DNA of 62,545 nucleotides, counting the filler, from Choristocarpus tenellus KU-1152 (lineage: Eukaryota; Protista; Phaeophyceae), in NCBI GenBank assembly GCA_964200185.2. It is 10 parts of 10 records of this genome, joined end to end, with 100 filler letters (N's around TTAATTAATTAA, not from the genome) between each part and the next. Parts side by side here need not be neighbours in the genome. Positions count along the whole stretch, not along the records: positions 1 to 7,929 come from CAXNAD020005379.1; positions 8,030 to 12,552 come from CAXNAD020014170.1; positions 12,653 to 16,088 come from CAXNAD020020040.1; 7 more parts are not named here. One strand, written 5' to 3'. Positions 1 through 12,660 of this stretch are shown one piece after another. Position 1 is the first letter of the stretch, and each line of letters begins with the position of its first letter. A program made the position numbers and the translations under genes. The notes below the pieces were generated by a model. The model had not been told where the DNA came from. It made no database searches and saw only the letters and a program-made list of their open reading frames with translations.

Positions 1-2438
1 GTCTCTTCATTCTTAAATTGTTTCTTCTACAGAATCTTCTTTTACACATGAATAAAAAGCATATTCTTAACATTTGTCCTCATCGTAAAGTCCAAGGAAT
101 AATCCATAGATTTATTTTTTTTGTGGCGCAAGTGTTGTTCTGAACCTAATTGTGTGAAAATGCTTGATCCAAAGTGCAACTAGGATTCCTGCTTATAACC
201 AGTCGTAAGGTGGATGATCCCTCACTCCTATGAGGCCTGTTGTAGAATTTATTTAGTGTAAGATGGTACTCATTGGATGACAATCTAGGGTCACATATGG
301 TCAGTGACAGGTGCTCCTGTGGCGTACTTACAACTCAATACACAGTGCTCTGCCCAATAAAAGGCACAGCTGGGGGCACCAAGATATTTGGACCACAAGA
401 CATCAACTTTTATACAAGGATCCGGGCAACACTGAAATTGTTGTACCCATTGGGAATTCATAAAATTCTTAAGTAGCAATAAAATATATCCAGTAGGTGA
501 GTTGAACTGGTTTAGAAGCATGAAACCTTTGAATATGATACTTTGCATTATGAGTTGAAGTTATGGCAGTGAGAAACCTGTGTATATTACTCATTTTTCC
601 TCTGCTGACTCCTGTACTTGTCTAGTATGGAGATCTCACTCCATCCAGGGCATGCAGGCTTGTGAAGGAAGAAGCAGAGGAGAGCACTGGACATGGTGAG
701 GAAGGTGCTGCGCCATTATTGTGAATGCAGGGAAGGGCTTGATTGGGTGACTGCCAGCATCACTGTTAAATTGGATTACTGGTGCAAACCATGGACAAAA
801 TCTGGTCAATCTGGTCAACATCCACACCACTCCTGGTCTTATCCAACATCCCTGGGTGCACCCTCAACCTGGTGCAAATCAATATCATTTGTATATAAAA
901 TGTCTGACCGATAGCTTTACTCACCCCTTGCTGCTGTTAGTGCATGTTGGAGGAAGAATGATCCAGTATCACCACCATGAGTATCATACTGTATTGCACA
1001 AATTGGCGTAAGACACATCACATGTAGTAGTAACAAGAGTGCTTTTCTGGTTGCAATAGAGGTTACGGGTACAAAGAAATGAAGTAAATAAAACATATTC
1101 CAAAGTCTCACTCACATTGTCCTGTGCTCCATCCAGTGCTGCTTAGTCTATGTTACATAGGACAACAATTGTGCTGATGCCAAGTTAAACAAGTCCAAAG
1201 AGTGTCCTTTGGCCCTCTCACTACATCTGAAGATTGAGGGAGGTTGGGCACTTCAACAGACACTGCCTTCACTCTCTCCCTCACAAACTGCCACCATCAT
1301 CATTGCTGTAATATTTTGATGGAGTGGTTTGCCAATATTGCCAACTTCAAGGGCTTGTTATTGAATCGGCCATGAAATATTTGCACCAGCAGCACATACG
1401 TCAAGCCTGCGGATGATACCAAATGGAATGTTGCAGACATGTATATTTACTGTCGTCAAAGCTTTGAGCAATATTCATACGTTGACAGAACAATTGCGTG
1501 TGTGTGCTGTACATACATCCGTGTGATAACAATAAAAGACTCAGAAGCCCTATGGAGAGCACAGAACAAGAGCTGTGTGTTCAGATCAGTAAAAATATAG
1601 CACATTGAGCTACCAGATTTACTAAGAGAAACATTGAGCCAGATGGAAAAGGTAAATGATGTTTTGATGGATGCAAGCTTCAATGTATTCGAAGTATATA
1701 AATGTAGAGAAAACATTCAATATGCAGCTATATAGATTTTTTACCTTTCTGCTGACCCATTGTGCAGAGACAGTTGTTTTAATGGCACAAGGCTTCTGAC
1801 TCCCTCTGCCCTATGAATAGAATGGGGGAGGCACTCCCATAGTTCAATTTGAAACCTATCAGACCACATTACCCCCTCCATCAATGTGGTAAGGTGGCAA
1901 TGTGCTGCAGAGATTGACACAGGTTTGTTAAATACTATGGTGACACATTGTGATAGTTGTTGCACATAATTGAAGTGGATAAGTGTCAATTTATGTCAAG
2001 AGGGAGGAGGTGTGTGGGACATCTAGAGACAAGGTCACACTTTTAATGATCAATAGGTAGGGAATCAAGATGCAACCTTTCCCGTCTGGTAGGTAAGCGG
2101 TCAAGGGCATGCAGGCAATGAATGTGAATGAAACACGAGGCTTGCTTATAGGGGGTTACGCATTTCTGGATGTGATTACCCAACAGGGGCAGACATTCGG
2201 CAAACCATGCATGCTCAGTAGCAGCAGCAGTTGCCTATGAAATTGCAGTTTTGCATCTTCAGCATCACAACACATAATATGTCCTTCCTTCTCCTAACCT
2301 TAACAAGGGAAATATGACAATCTTCCCACTTCAGGTGTTGTTTGGCATATCTAGCACTGCAGAATGTCTTCCTCTGTCCCTCAGCATAGGTTGCCCCTCA
2401 ATACTAGCACCCCCTCCACCTCCCACTTGAAATCCCTT

Positions 2439-5378
2439 CTAGGAGGCTGCAAACATACCCATGATGTTCTCAAGGACAGAAGGTGGCCTCATCTCAATGC
2501 GAAAATAAATCTTAGCAATGGATTCCACATGCTGGAAAATCATATTGCAGTAGAATCCACCAGGCAGGAGGCGTAGCAATGGAGTTTGAGGAGCGGGTCG
2601 AAAGGTTGGAAGGACAATAGCAAGATACCGACGTGAGGACAAGAGTGATCAGTCATCTCTACACTATATGCACACAAAAATCAACATATTAAATGTGAAC
2701 AAAGTTGAAGTGCCACAGCAAACAATTGCATTAAAATCTCCACCTAAAATTGAGAGGAACATGATAAGTTTACTGTTGTATGCTATTTTGAAGTCGAACA
2801 TGTGTGGAGGAGTCTCTCAAGTATGATAAGGCCTCTTCAATTTCTACTTCTCTCAGATCAGATAACTTTGAATTTCCCTTAACTTCATCTTGGCAGTCAT
2901 TGCATCTTCAAAAAAATCTTCTCCTCACATTCAGGCAGTCCTCAACCTAACATAATGGGGCACTAATACTGAAATAATATGCAACATTCACTAAAAAAAC
3001 AGATTTGGCGAGAACCAGCATGGTATATGTGAAACATCATCCCGACCACAATGAATTAAGAACAAGGAGCTGGGACAAGCTCAATGTTGCCCCTGCTCAT
3101 GCCTCTTCACCATAAATATTTTGCTGTTCCAGGTTGTAGTGTGTGACCGGATTAAATTCAACTAAGAGAAAACATACATACCCCGTAACAGTGTTTCATC
3201 AACACACACACTTAGTGTTGGAGCTTCAGAGCATAGCTATTCAAGTCCCCCCTTCCACAACAAATGTCCAAATATTTCAAGATGTCTCACCGGAAATAGG
3301 CCTGCCTCCTTGGAAAGGCTAGGTTTGTACTTATCCAGCAATTGCTGGAAAACAGGGCCTGCATCATACTCACAGGTCTTGAGCAAGAGGCCACAGAATG
3401 TAGGTAATGGCCCCAGCACCTCACCCTTGGGGCACTGCTTCTGTACAGGGTGGGAAAGGACAGATAACATTGTGACAGTGTTGCATAGGATGCGACAATG
3501 TGGATATCAGCAAGGAAGTTTTCAATACAGATCTTCATCAATAAGTGTTGATTGATTGCACACGTTTTCATGACGGTCTTGATGGCTATTTCATTCTACG
3601 GTTCAACTCGAATGAGACTTTAAGTAAGTATCCAGAAATAAAACAAAAGTGACAGTTACCTACTATTGGTGGTAGTGTAGCATTTTCAGTGTTGTTAAGT
3701 GTTACGGAAGGAGCAGAGGTTCTGTTTGGTACAAGCCTTGGGAGATATCCAAACACTACGCCACAGGATACAGACAGTTGAAAGCATGAAGATGTTTTGT
3801 TCTGATGCACTTTGGTTGACTAACTATGCTGTCATGCACCCGTTATGCTAAAAGAAAGAGCAAGGCTGATGTATCAACCCATCATGCTCCAATCAAGTCA
3901 TACTCATTCTTGAAAAAAAAGCACACACAGTCAAAGAGACAAAAACAAGTCTGACTATTGAAGAGTTGAAAAATTTGAAGTGAAAAAATGATTTTTTCAA
4001 TGAGATGAAGTATTCAATTACTTTCAAAGTTGCATTTTGTGCACATGTAACACATGAGGTAACAAATAGCTAGCATGACTATACAACCACATCCTTGGGT
4101 GCTTCAAACACAATTGACATCATCCCTCATCCATCTATCATATTGAGCATTGCCTTATCCAAGCTGGGTTTAAAAATAATTGCACAACATCACTTCAACC
4201 ATCCATAAAATGCACCATTCAAGTCACAACCTTATATGCGTCTTGGAGAGCATTTGCATCCCTCAAGTTCTCCCGACTCACAAACTGTAACATCCCCTGA
4301 GTGACAGCACTTTCCCTGCAAAGAGAAAAATGCAGAAATCAGTGAGAATGGCTGGTGAACGAACAGGAATGGCACTAGGGGTAAACATTGGCCGACAAAC
4401 TCAAAGTTAGGGGCTTGGAATACGCAATACGGGGACAGTAGAGACTACCTTTCTATTCACGGCAATTCCATCCTGATCTTTATCGGCTGATCAACAGGGC
4501 CAATCAGTTGCGGGGAGACAATAGTAAATTCTTCAATTTCTATGTGTTGGTACTCCTTAGCCTCGTCAAAATGTGTATTGCATCAACAACAGAGTGTGTG
4601 TGATTTGCCTATTATGGGTTCACTTTGAGAAGGTTAAAGAAGGAGGAATGCGGCGACACACAAAGGGATCCTGTGTGTTTCCTCTCCTACGCAGGCATTG
4701 ATCCTTACCCTCAGCAGTGCCGTACCTGTCCGATTGCTGGGGAAGATGTTGACAAATCAGATCGCACAGCTCTCCTGGCCTCTCACCCAGGACGAGGTAC
4801 TTGGTACCTTTCTCTGTCTGCTTCTCCCCCCACAAGGAACGTCCCAGCAATGCACATACCCCTGGATCTCCGTTCACCCATTGTCCACGTCTGGCTGTCC
4901 AGTTGACTGCTAGTTTCAAGAACCGGACCTGCAACTGCCCTATTGATGGTTGGCCCTCTTCGCCACCACTTGCATCTTCCCTGGATCTTGAACCTCCAAT
5001 AGATTTTTGTCCTTCTTTCTCCTTGTCTTCTGCCGCTAGAGCATCTGCGCGTTTGGCATCCTCATAGACTTCGTTCACACGTTTGATAACACTTAGGCGT
5101 CCTTCGGTTGGTGGCAGCTCATTGTCAACAAATATCCCAACCATCACACTGGCTAGCTCTGTCGCCGAGTCGACCACACCACCTCTAACCAAAACACTAA
5201 TGCCCTGCTCGGCAACTGCCACCGCGCCATCATGGTCACCCCGTGCAGACTTGCGGGATACGAGGCCCCTGTACAGTTGCAAGGCCTCGTACTGCAAACC
5301 CTGACCCAGTTTTTCTTCCACCAGCGCCTTGATCCGTTCCCCACCATCGACCTTCCGCCTGGACGAGCGTCCAGCCAT
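2439..5378 (-). CDS. GET4: Golgi to ER traffic protein 4 (GET4/TRC35) homolog, 4 exons, 326 aa
   Basis: complement(join(2439..2531,3291..3440,4231..4315,4726..5378)) = 981 nt, all GT-AG with matching phases. Translation has GET4-like segments: YEALQLYR, FLKLAVNWT..G...GDPG, MLQFVSRENLRDAN, PLPTFCGLLLKTCEYDAGPVFQQLLDKYKPSL, and C-terminal IAKIYFRIEMRPPSVLENIMGMF*. Family recognised from memory, not by search. Confidence 0.9.
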
Positions 5379-7054
5379 CTTGAAAGCAAGTTAGGAAAAG
5401 GATGGAGGATGAGAAAATGAGGTGAGCACAATTTCTTCAGGAAGCAGTACTCCCTGATAGGCGTAGTGAGGTGTGGTATCTCTTTTCATAATCCATGTCC
5501 TCCTGTTCAATGTTCCGAATGAGTAATCCTCAAAAATACAATAATACGTATTGTTTTGCATAGTGGTATATAAATCTACAAAATGTATTACATACACATC
5601 ATTTGACCAACCTCACATCAATCCGTTATGTGGTTTCTTCATCTTCATGATGAGATGGCAAAATCAGACCAACTCCCATAACACAGTCCTACCACTACCA
5701 ACGGAAAAGGGACACGAAAACCATACATACATTGATACACAACAATATAAGTTTTTTTGTTACTAGTAGTATTATATATTGCTACCACTGTACAGACAGG
5801 TAGGTGGGGTGTGGTGGATTTCTGCAACCATTTCATTATTATTAGACATCCCTCCCTTCCCTTCCACCTGCAATTCAGCCACATTTTGCAAAACATTTTT
5901 GAGGGATAGTTAAGCCACAATAAAATTAGAATTGATCCAGTCTGTCTGGTAGGGTGATGCCTCTACATCAATTTTGAATTTCTTCTTGCGCCTTTATATG
6001 GTCAAACTTACGTACACACACTCCTCACACTTCAGGCAGAGTTGTACACAAAGAAAACAAGGTCAAAAAGGGGAGTGAGGTGGGAAGGAGTGCCTCATCG
6101 TTGATCATGTCTGTATGCACTGATGTATGATTATGCGCCATCCTTGATCATGGCTTATACTTCAAGGTAATATGATTGTGTTTTCAGTATAGTAGTTGGA
6201 GTATATGTATGTTATACTACGAAGAAAGTGTCCAGCTTTATCGAAAGGGGACATGATGGAAAATGTTTGCAAGGCAAACGTCTGCCAACTGCGAGTAGGA
6301 ACCTTGCCTGTTATGCAACCAACCCTGCTACTCCACACCAAAAAACCATTGCTTCTACCTCCACCAATCCCTCTTCAAGCATTTGTTAATCTCCTATTAT
6401 TGGAGGCCACTCAAAAGCTATAGCATAATGTATCTACCATGTTGCAAGGTGATGTAATTGTAGAAGAAAGGATGCAAATCTTACATACATGTTTTAAGTC
6501 TTTGAGAGAAAGGGGTGAGCAAGGAAAGGTGAACATGGTCTATTCCTCTCGGTCTATTCCTCTCCACTCTTGAAGGTTAGCTGGAACGCCCGGATTCTTT
6601 TTGTGGTTAAAAAAATTCCAGCTACCTCCACAGCTAAGATGCTCGTGTTTTTGTTCGTCACTTGGACAAAGTCTGCTGAGGATTTGGGAACCTAGCTATT
6701 GGTGGTGCATGATTCCCCATCATCAGAAGTCTTGAAGGTGCCGCAGAAAGTTTGATGTCCTCCGTGATATCACCCACCAATACATCTTGCCTCTGTTGTG
6801 GTGGTCATTTTCAATGAAATGCTCTCCACCGAGTAAGAATAGAATCCTACCCCGTTCCTCCCTTCACACATATCGTTACATATATACCATACATACATAC
6901 ATATATACAGGAAAATGAATTCTTAGGGACTGCAAGGGATGCTTCATTTCAGTTTCAAGAAGTTGTGCTATATGTACAACTAAGAAACAAAGAGAGAGAA
7001 GAGAGAGCTTGGGCCCTTACCCCTTACCAACCTTTGGGGCCCCCCTCATAAATG

Positions 7055-7510
7055 TAACTACCATTAAAATCCAAGTAATCCCTGTCTGTCCATCTGTCTG
7101 TATCGTTGTGGTTTTTGTGAACTCTTCAAATGTGAGATTCAGAAATAAATATCTATCTATATATATGTATCATTCGAAAGCCAAAAATTTCGGTTTCCAC
7201 ATAGATATCTTCAAAATATTTTCTCATTTTCAAATGGTTCAGAAACCAGTCCCTGAATACAAATGTTTTTTTCGGAAATGGCGGATTTAGCAAAAACAGC
7301 AAAATCGACCAAAAGTGGCTGGAAGTGATGGTTAATCGGTTATAACGTCTCAACGAGACCTCCAATAAAGACGTGGTTAGTTCCGTTGGATTCCTTGACA
7401 TCTTTTCCATTAGATTAATTACAAATCACTCTCATTCTCTCATAAGGGAGTACTGGATCACTTGATCCTCATTGACAGAGACCCGTGCAACACGACCACA
7501 ACTTGGTGGA
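7055..7510 (+). mobile_element. Non-autonomous Helitron-like dispersed repeat, copy 1
   Basis: Colinear with 17825..18205 (shared blocks ttcaaatgtgagattcagaaa, atagatatcttcaaaatat, ttttcggaaatggc.gatttag, aagacgtggttagtt..gttggattccttg, cactctcattctctc, cattgacagag). A (CTGT)n-like microsatellite near the 5' end is typical of non-autonomous Helitrons. Confidence 0.55.
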
Positions 7511-7589
7511 TTGAGGGAGAGAATCAAGCGTATGTAGTGCAATCGGTGTGGCGTTGGCGTGTGAGGAAGAGAGAGTCAATGGCATTGGT

Positions 7590-7929
7590 ATCAGAGTCAA
7601 TATCACAATATTTCCAGACCGTATACCACATCCATCACATAAACGAACAAAGATCTCTTCACTACTGTCTGCTTGGATAAACGCTTGTTTCACATCCCAA
7701 TGCTCCAATTCCCAACCCTTGTCTGCAGCTAATGCTAAAACCATTTTCAAAGACGCAGGGGACGATGTTGGTGCAAGGGTATCTTGATAATCTAAACCCC
7801 AACCTGTCGAAAACCTTTTGCTACCAAACATGCCTTGTATCTAACTACCTCACCAAATTTGGTAGTCTTACGCTTGTGAATCCATTTAGTGTCTATAGCC
7901 CTGCGTCCAGGGGGTAATACGTCCTCCAC
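7590..7929 (-). mobile_element. Ty1/copia reverse transcriptase fragment
   Basis: ORF 7469..7831(-) contains GLDYQDTLAPTSSPASLKMVLALAADKGWELEHWDVKQAFIQADSSEEIFVRLCDGCG, matching the copia RT (RVT_2) consensus G.DY.ETFAP...SIR..LA.AA..GW.L...DVK.AFL...L.EE.Y. Truncated by the contig end. Confidence 0.9.
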
Positions 7930-8029
7930 NNNNNNNNNNNNNNNNNNNNNNNNNNNNNNNNNNNNNNNNNNNNTTAATTAATTAANNNNNNNNNNNNNNN
8001 NNNNNNNNNNNNNNNNNNNNNNNNNNNNN
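7930..8029. other. Artificial contig spacer N44-TTAATTAATTAA-N44 (also 12553..12652, 16089..16188, 18743..18842, 22060..22159, 42276..42375, 45850..45949, 50364..50463, 59475..59574)
   Basis: Nine identical 100-nt spacers; TTAATTAATTAA puts stop codons in all six frames, a standard concatenation linker. Confidence 0.97.
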
Positions 8030-8130
8030 GGGGGTGGGTGGGCAACAGGTTAACTAAAAGTAACATATACACACACCCGTGTGTTGATGTTAATGATCTA
8101 GGTATAAAATGTGGAGTGAAATGGTTACTC

Positions 8131-8613
8131 TAGGGTTAGGGTTAGGGTTAGTACTGTGAGAATTAATAGGAACAAAAAGGTGAAGCATCTTTTTAAAATA
8201 TTTACTGAGAATTTACAAAACAGTATGTGTTTGCTCTACTTTTTATTTTCTTACGAGTAACAGTGGGGTATGTATCACATACATGCAAGGGTTAGGGTTA
8301 ATTAAGTTTGGGCAAATAGTAGGATTATAAATAATAAATAATATATATAAATATGAAAAATAAATTATGGATTATACACAAAACAGTAATAAGTGATAGG
8401 GTTGGACCTGGGGATAGACTTGGATTTCGGGAAGATGGAAACGTAAAATAGTAGAATTAAAGCTTCAAATTATTAACTTTAAGTTAGTAGTTAGGTTAGG
8501 GTTAGAGCTATGATGACACTCAGAACAGAAAGATCTTTACTATTATTACTAGGTAGTTAATATTGGGTTTAAGCTATGATGAGACTAGTAGGAGAAATAA
8601 TGGGAAAATACAT

Positions 8614-8646
<33 letters not shown>

Positions 8647-9459
8647 TACATCACATATTAGTTTTACTGAACCAAAAAATCTTTGTTTAAAAACAGCACA
8701 AAGACTTAAACTACTCTTATTTATTTATATCAACACTTGAACTAACAGACCCATCCAGACTGCACTATTACAATACCCCCCCACAGCACTCACCAGGGAC
8801 AGCCCCGCCAGCCAAGGAGTAGAAAACCGCCCCGTACAATGAGCTCTGAATCGCCCAGGACACACGACCAGAAGCCAGACCCCCCCACTGAGAGGTAGGG
8901 CTGCCACCATTCACCTCATAGTACATCTTAAGAGGGAAGAAGAGGAGTCCTCCACATCCAGCAAGCACACCAATCAGCATGTACCTCGTAGACCATGGGT
9001 GCCACTCTCCATCCCCTCCCCAGTCATGCATCTGTCCTACGAAGGCTGCTCCTAGCCCTGGTCCAGAGTCTGTTTTTTTCATATATACGTATATATATAT
9101 ATGTGTGTATTTATGTATGTATGAATGTAAATAGGGTTAGGGTATGTATATATGTATATATATATATATATATAGGGTTAGAGATCATTTGGAATGAAAA
9201 TAAACAAGTAGAGATGGTTGACTCACATCCTGCATGGAATGGTGTATACAGTAAGTCATCTCCAAGGGGGTCGGTCACAAAGTCAGGGTTAGGGTTAGGG
9301 TTCATGCAGCAATCGTGTATCTAGAATGTAGTTGAAAATATATATATATTTTAAATAAACTACACAGTAAATTATTGTATTATTTTTTTTGTTCATTTTG
9401 AAATCTCCTTTTGAGTTCGCACTTTTTTGTTTTTTCCGGTTAGTGGGATAGGGTTAGGG
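8131..9459 (+). repeat. Cluster of short interstitial telomeric (TTAGGG)n runs
   Basis: TTAGGG runs near 8131-8151, 8288, 8491, 9132, 9172, 9285-9302 and 9449, all on the + strand; further runs at 12071 and 12351. Confidence 0.85.
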
Positions 9460-10048
9460 ATACAAATTTTAGTCACACTTCTAACAATACTATGTAATTT
9501 ATTTTTCTGACCTAGAAGTGTTTTTTGGGCTGTTATCTACTGGTCAGGTCTGCTGTTTCAAACCAACTAACAAGAGGCCCAACGGAGCCATACCATAATA
9601 CTTCACATACATGATTATTCCTCTTGCAGAAAAAATAACACTAAATCAAAAACTATTCTGCACATGAATTATTATTCCTCTTGTAGAAATAATAATATTA
9701 AATTGAAAAAAATATTCTGGGGAATTTCTGTTCTGGTATATACAGCAAGTCTTGAAATAAATAACACACTGAATTTAAGAACAGTTCTTGCCAAATGATT
9801 GAGAAATCGCTCTTACACTGGGGAGGAGAGCATATTCAGGAGAAAGTACGTATTTATTTAAATTTCAAATTGATACATTTTTTGTACATGCAGTGATTTA
9901 TTTATTTTTGAAGTAGTCAGTAATAAATTGAACATCCCAATTCTTCAAGTGTCACATGGGATCCAAAGATTCGGTGTGGAAGAATTTAAATTTAATTTAA
10001 ATCAGCTTGGACAAATTTTGACCTACTCTCCATGACTAGAATGAAGAC

Positions 10049-10095
10049 GTGTGTGTGTTGTGTGTGTTGTGTGTGTGTTGTGTGTGTTGTGTGTG
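10049..10095. repeat. (GTGTGTGTT)n microsatellite
   Basis: Direct reading: gtgtgtgtgttgtgtgtgttgtgtgtgtgttgtgtgtgttgtgtgtg. Confidence 0.9.
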
Positions 10096-10429
10096 CGGTG
10101 ACCAGATGCCCAAAGTGTTAACTTTCACATCCAAGACCTTTCTAGTTCTGATTCAGTGTTAACTTTCTTTGTTGATTCATTGAATCACTACAATTTAAAA
10201 CAGTAATAATAATAATAAATCACCATTTAACCGATTGGTAGCATTATTACTTGAAAATAAAATAAAATAAAATATATATATATATATATATGTATGTCAC
10301 CAAAAGTTTTTTTTAAATTAAAAATAGTTACGATCTGCTCCTTTCAAATAAAAAAAGGCAAGCTTACGCTTATGCTATATACTTGCTTTCTTTTAACAAT
10401 GACATGGTTGGAAGGAATGAAAACTCTTC

Positions 10430-12346
10430 AATCACACACAGACTACTACATCATCCATTATCATAATTATTATTGATACTACATAATTCACCCCATCAAC
10501 ATCATCGACCTCCTGTGATTTTCTGATTGGCCAGGCTCCACCATCAACAGATACACACCCCAAAAGAAAAAAAAATACAGAAAGGTTCATATGACAATCT
10601 TTCGGACTATTCAAAAAATAAAAATATCATGGAATGAAAAATCAGAGAAAATTCTACCATGAAAAAACAAACAAGCGGGAAGACCCACAGGAGGCAAAGA
10701 CAAGCAAATATAGAGAGAGAGACGAGCCAAGAGGGAGAGCAATCCCTCAAAACATCACTCAGGAAAGAATGAGTGAACAAGTGGAAAGTGAATGAGGGGG
10801 TATTACAAGGTTCCCTCAAACCACCTGCTATTTTCTTCAAGCAGATGCTAACTTCAACATGCAAAAACAAATGCCATACAGATAACAGATTCTTCAAGAT
10901 AGGTCACCTTCAGGGTATACCTTCTTTGGAAGATGGGAGACTCACATCAAAGTCCAAGAAAATTGAAAAAAACAATAGAGATGAAACCATTTCCAACATT
11001 TCCAACAGCAAATTATTACTACCATATATATATATATATATATATTACTAGCAAAAGAGTACGAAACCATTTTAGAGCAGTTTCCAACTCCTTAAAAAAA
11101 AATGTTGAAAAACTAGTACCTGATGCCATTGACCTCTACTTATCATACAGTTAGTCACACAGGATAACATTATTCTCATCACAGCCATGTTGTATCACTA
11201 ATAAGAACATAAAATATATCATGTTGTCCCAATAATAAAAACATAAAAATATATCATGTTGTCCCACTAATAAAAACATAAAAATATATCATGTTGTCCC
11301 ACAAATAAAAACATAAAAATATATCATGTTGTCCCACTAATAAAAACATAAAAATATATCATATTGTACCACTAATAAAAACATAAAAATATATCATATT
11401 GTACCACTAATAAAAACATAAAAATATATCATGTTGTCCCACTAATAAAAACATAAAAATATATCATGTTGTCCCACTAATAAAAACATAAAAATATATC
11501 ATATTGTACCACTAATAAAAACATAAAAATATATCATGTTGTCCCACTAATAAAAACAGAAAAATATATCATGTCCAGATCATTGTCTGTCAGTTACTCT
11601 CACCTACTACAGAACGGGCAGCATCCAAAGCATCACACAGCAGCCTTGCCCTGAATGCCTCAGCAAGCACTACCAGAACCCGATGCCCCACACGCCCAGA
11701 CAGAATGTAGCTCAGCGACCATACACTCTGCTCCACCTCACCCTGAACATTTCTCCTCCCCATCAGGGAAGGTGAATGATCATGATCACAACCAACATCA
11801 CCATCCCTCTCTAGGAGTAGACTTTGTTGCTCATTCTGACCAGTGGGTCTCTGATTGGTCGCTGCTTTTGTCAGAGTATTTGATGTCACCGAGCCTCCAG
11901 ATTTCCACCAACTTGGGATGGCGTTGGACAAAGCAAAAAAACCGAAAAAAAACAAAAACATCAATACTGTTCATTCATTCACTGAGGACGGATCTACTTT
12001 GAATACTATTAAAATAGACAATTTGACTGTTACACAAATAATACAATATATATATATATATATATATATATAGGATTAGGGTTAGTCTGAAGGGTCCCAA
12101 GAAGCATGGTGAAGGGGTATCAACAGAAAACAATACACAATTCTTGAGATTAAAAAAAAAGAAGAATCTACATCCAAGCTAAGAGGGGACGCAGTCAAAG
12201 ACCCAGACACCACCACTCTACCAAGCACCCAATAGCTTTGATGCAGAACATCATCATAAACATCTCCGACATCATTCACACCACTGCAATCATTGACAAG
12301 GTCTTGAGAAAAATAAAATAAAACAAAATAAAATAAAGTAAAAAAA
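10430..12346 (+). mobile_element. Degenerate RLE-type (R2-superfamily-like) non-LTR retrotransposon relic
   Basis: Ordered decayed motifs on +: IQKGSYDNL (~10575, D.K.AFD.V-like), NEGVLQGSLKPPAIF (~10790, RT motif B), CPEC...PHAQTEC across a frameshift (11647-11708, CCHC knuckle), VFDVTEPPDFHQLGMALDKAKK (~11875-11945, RLE E.T.P.D...K..KY-like), then an (AAAAT)n tail at 12309-12346. Confidence 0.55.
11186..11574. repeat. 35-bp minisatellite, about 11 copies (TAATAAAAACATAAAAATATATCATGTTGTCCCAC)
   Basis: Head-to-tail near-identical units with 34-bp variants (catattgtaccac). Confidence 0.95.
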
Positions 12347-12660
12347 TGGTCAGGGTTAGATCAATCCCGTGAAACCAATCCAGCATCGTATATACCTTCC
12401 CACCAATCCCTCATAATATCGGATTGAATCAAATCTCTGATTCAACCTCAAAAACGTCAAAATTATATTTGATACTAAGGTTCTCCGATACTATGGATAG
12501 CAGTCCAAGGACTGAAGGGACCTATCTATTTCCTTTGCCCCCCCCGCGACCCNNNNNNNNNNNNNNNNNNNNNNNNNNNNNNNNNNNNNNNNNNNNTTAA
12601 TTAATTAANNNNNNNNNNNNNNNNNNNNNNNNNNNNNNNNNNNNNNNNNNNNGTCTGTTG

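Noticed and set aside
273-2400. Short ORFs downstream of GET4
   Set aside because: No recognisable motifs or consistent splice structure; treated as intergenic or decayed repeat.
4620-4725. C-terminal part of the 252-aa ORF (YGTAEGKDQC...) as protein
   Set aside because: Read-through into intron 1 after the AG|GTACG donor at 4726/4725; GET4 similarity continues in downstream exons.
7930-8029. Recurrent TTAATTAATTAA motif inside N runs as a biological repeat
   Set aside because: Identical 100-nt spacer occurring nine times with six-frame stops: an assembly/concatenation linker.
8725-9324. Overlapping ORFs with hydrophobic or YI-repeat translations
   Set aside because: Derived from low-complexity (TA)n and GC-rich patches; no splice or homology support.
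11186-11574. 35-bp array as CRISPR
   Set aside because: Head-to-tail units without spacers.
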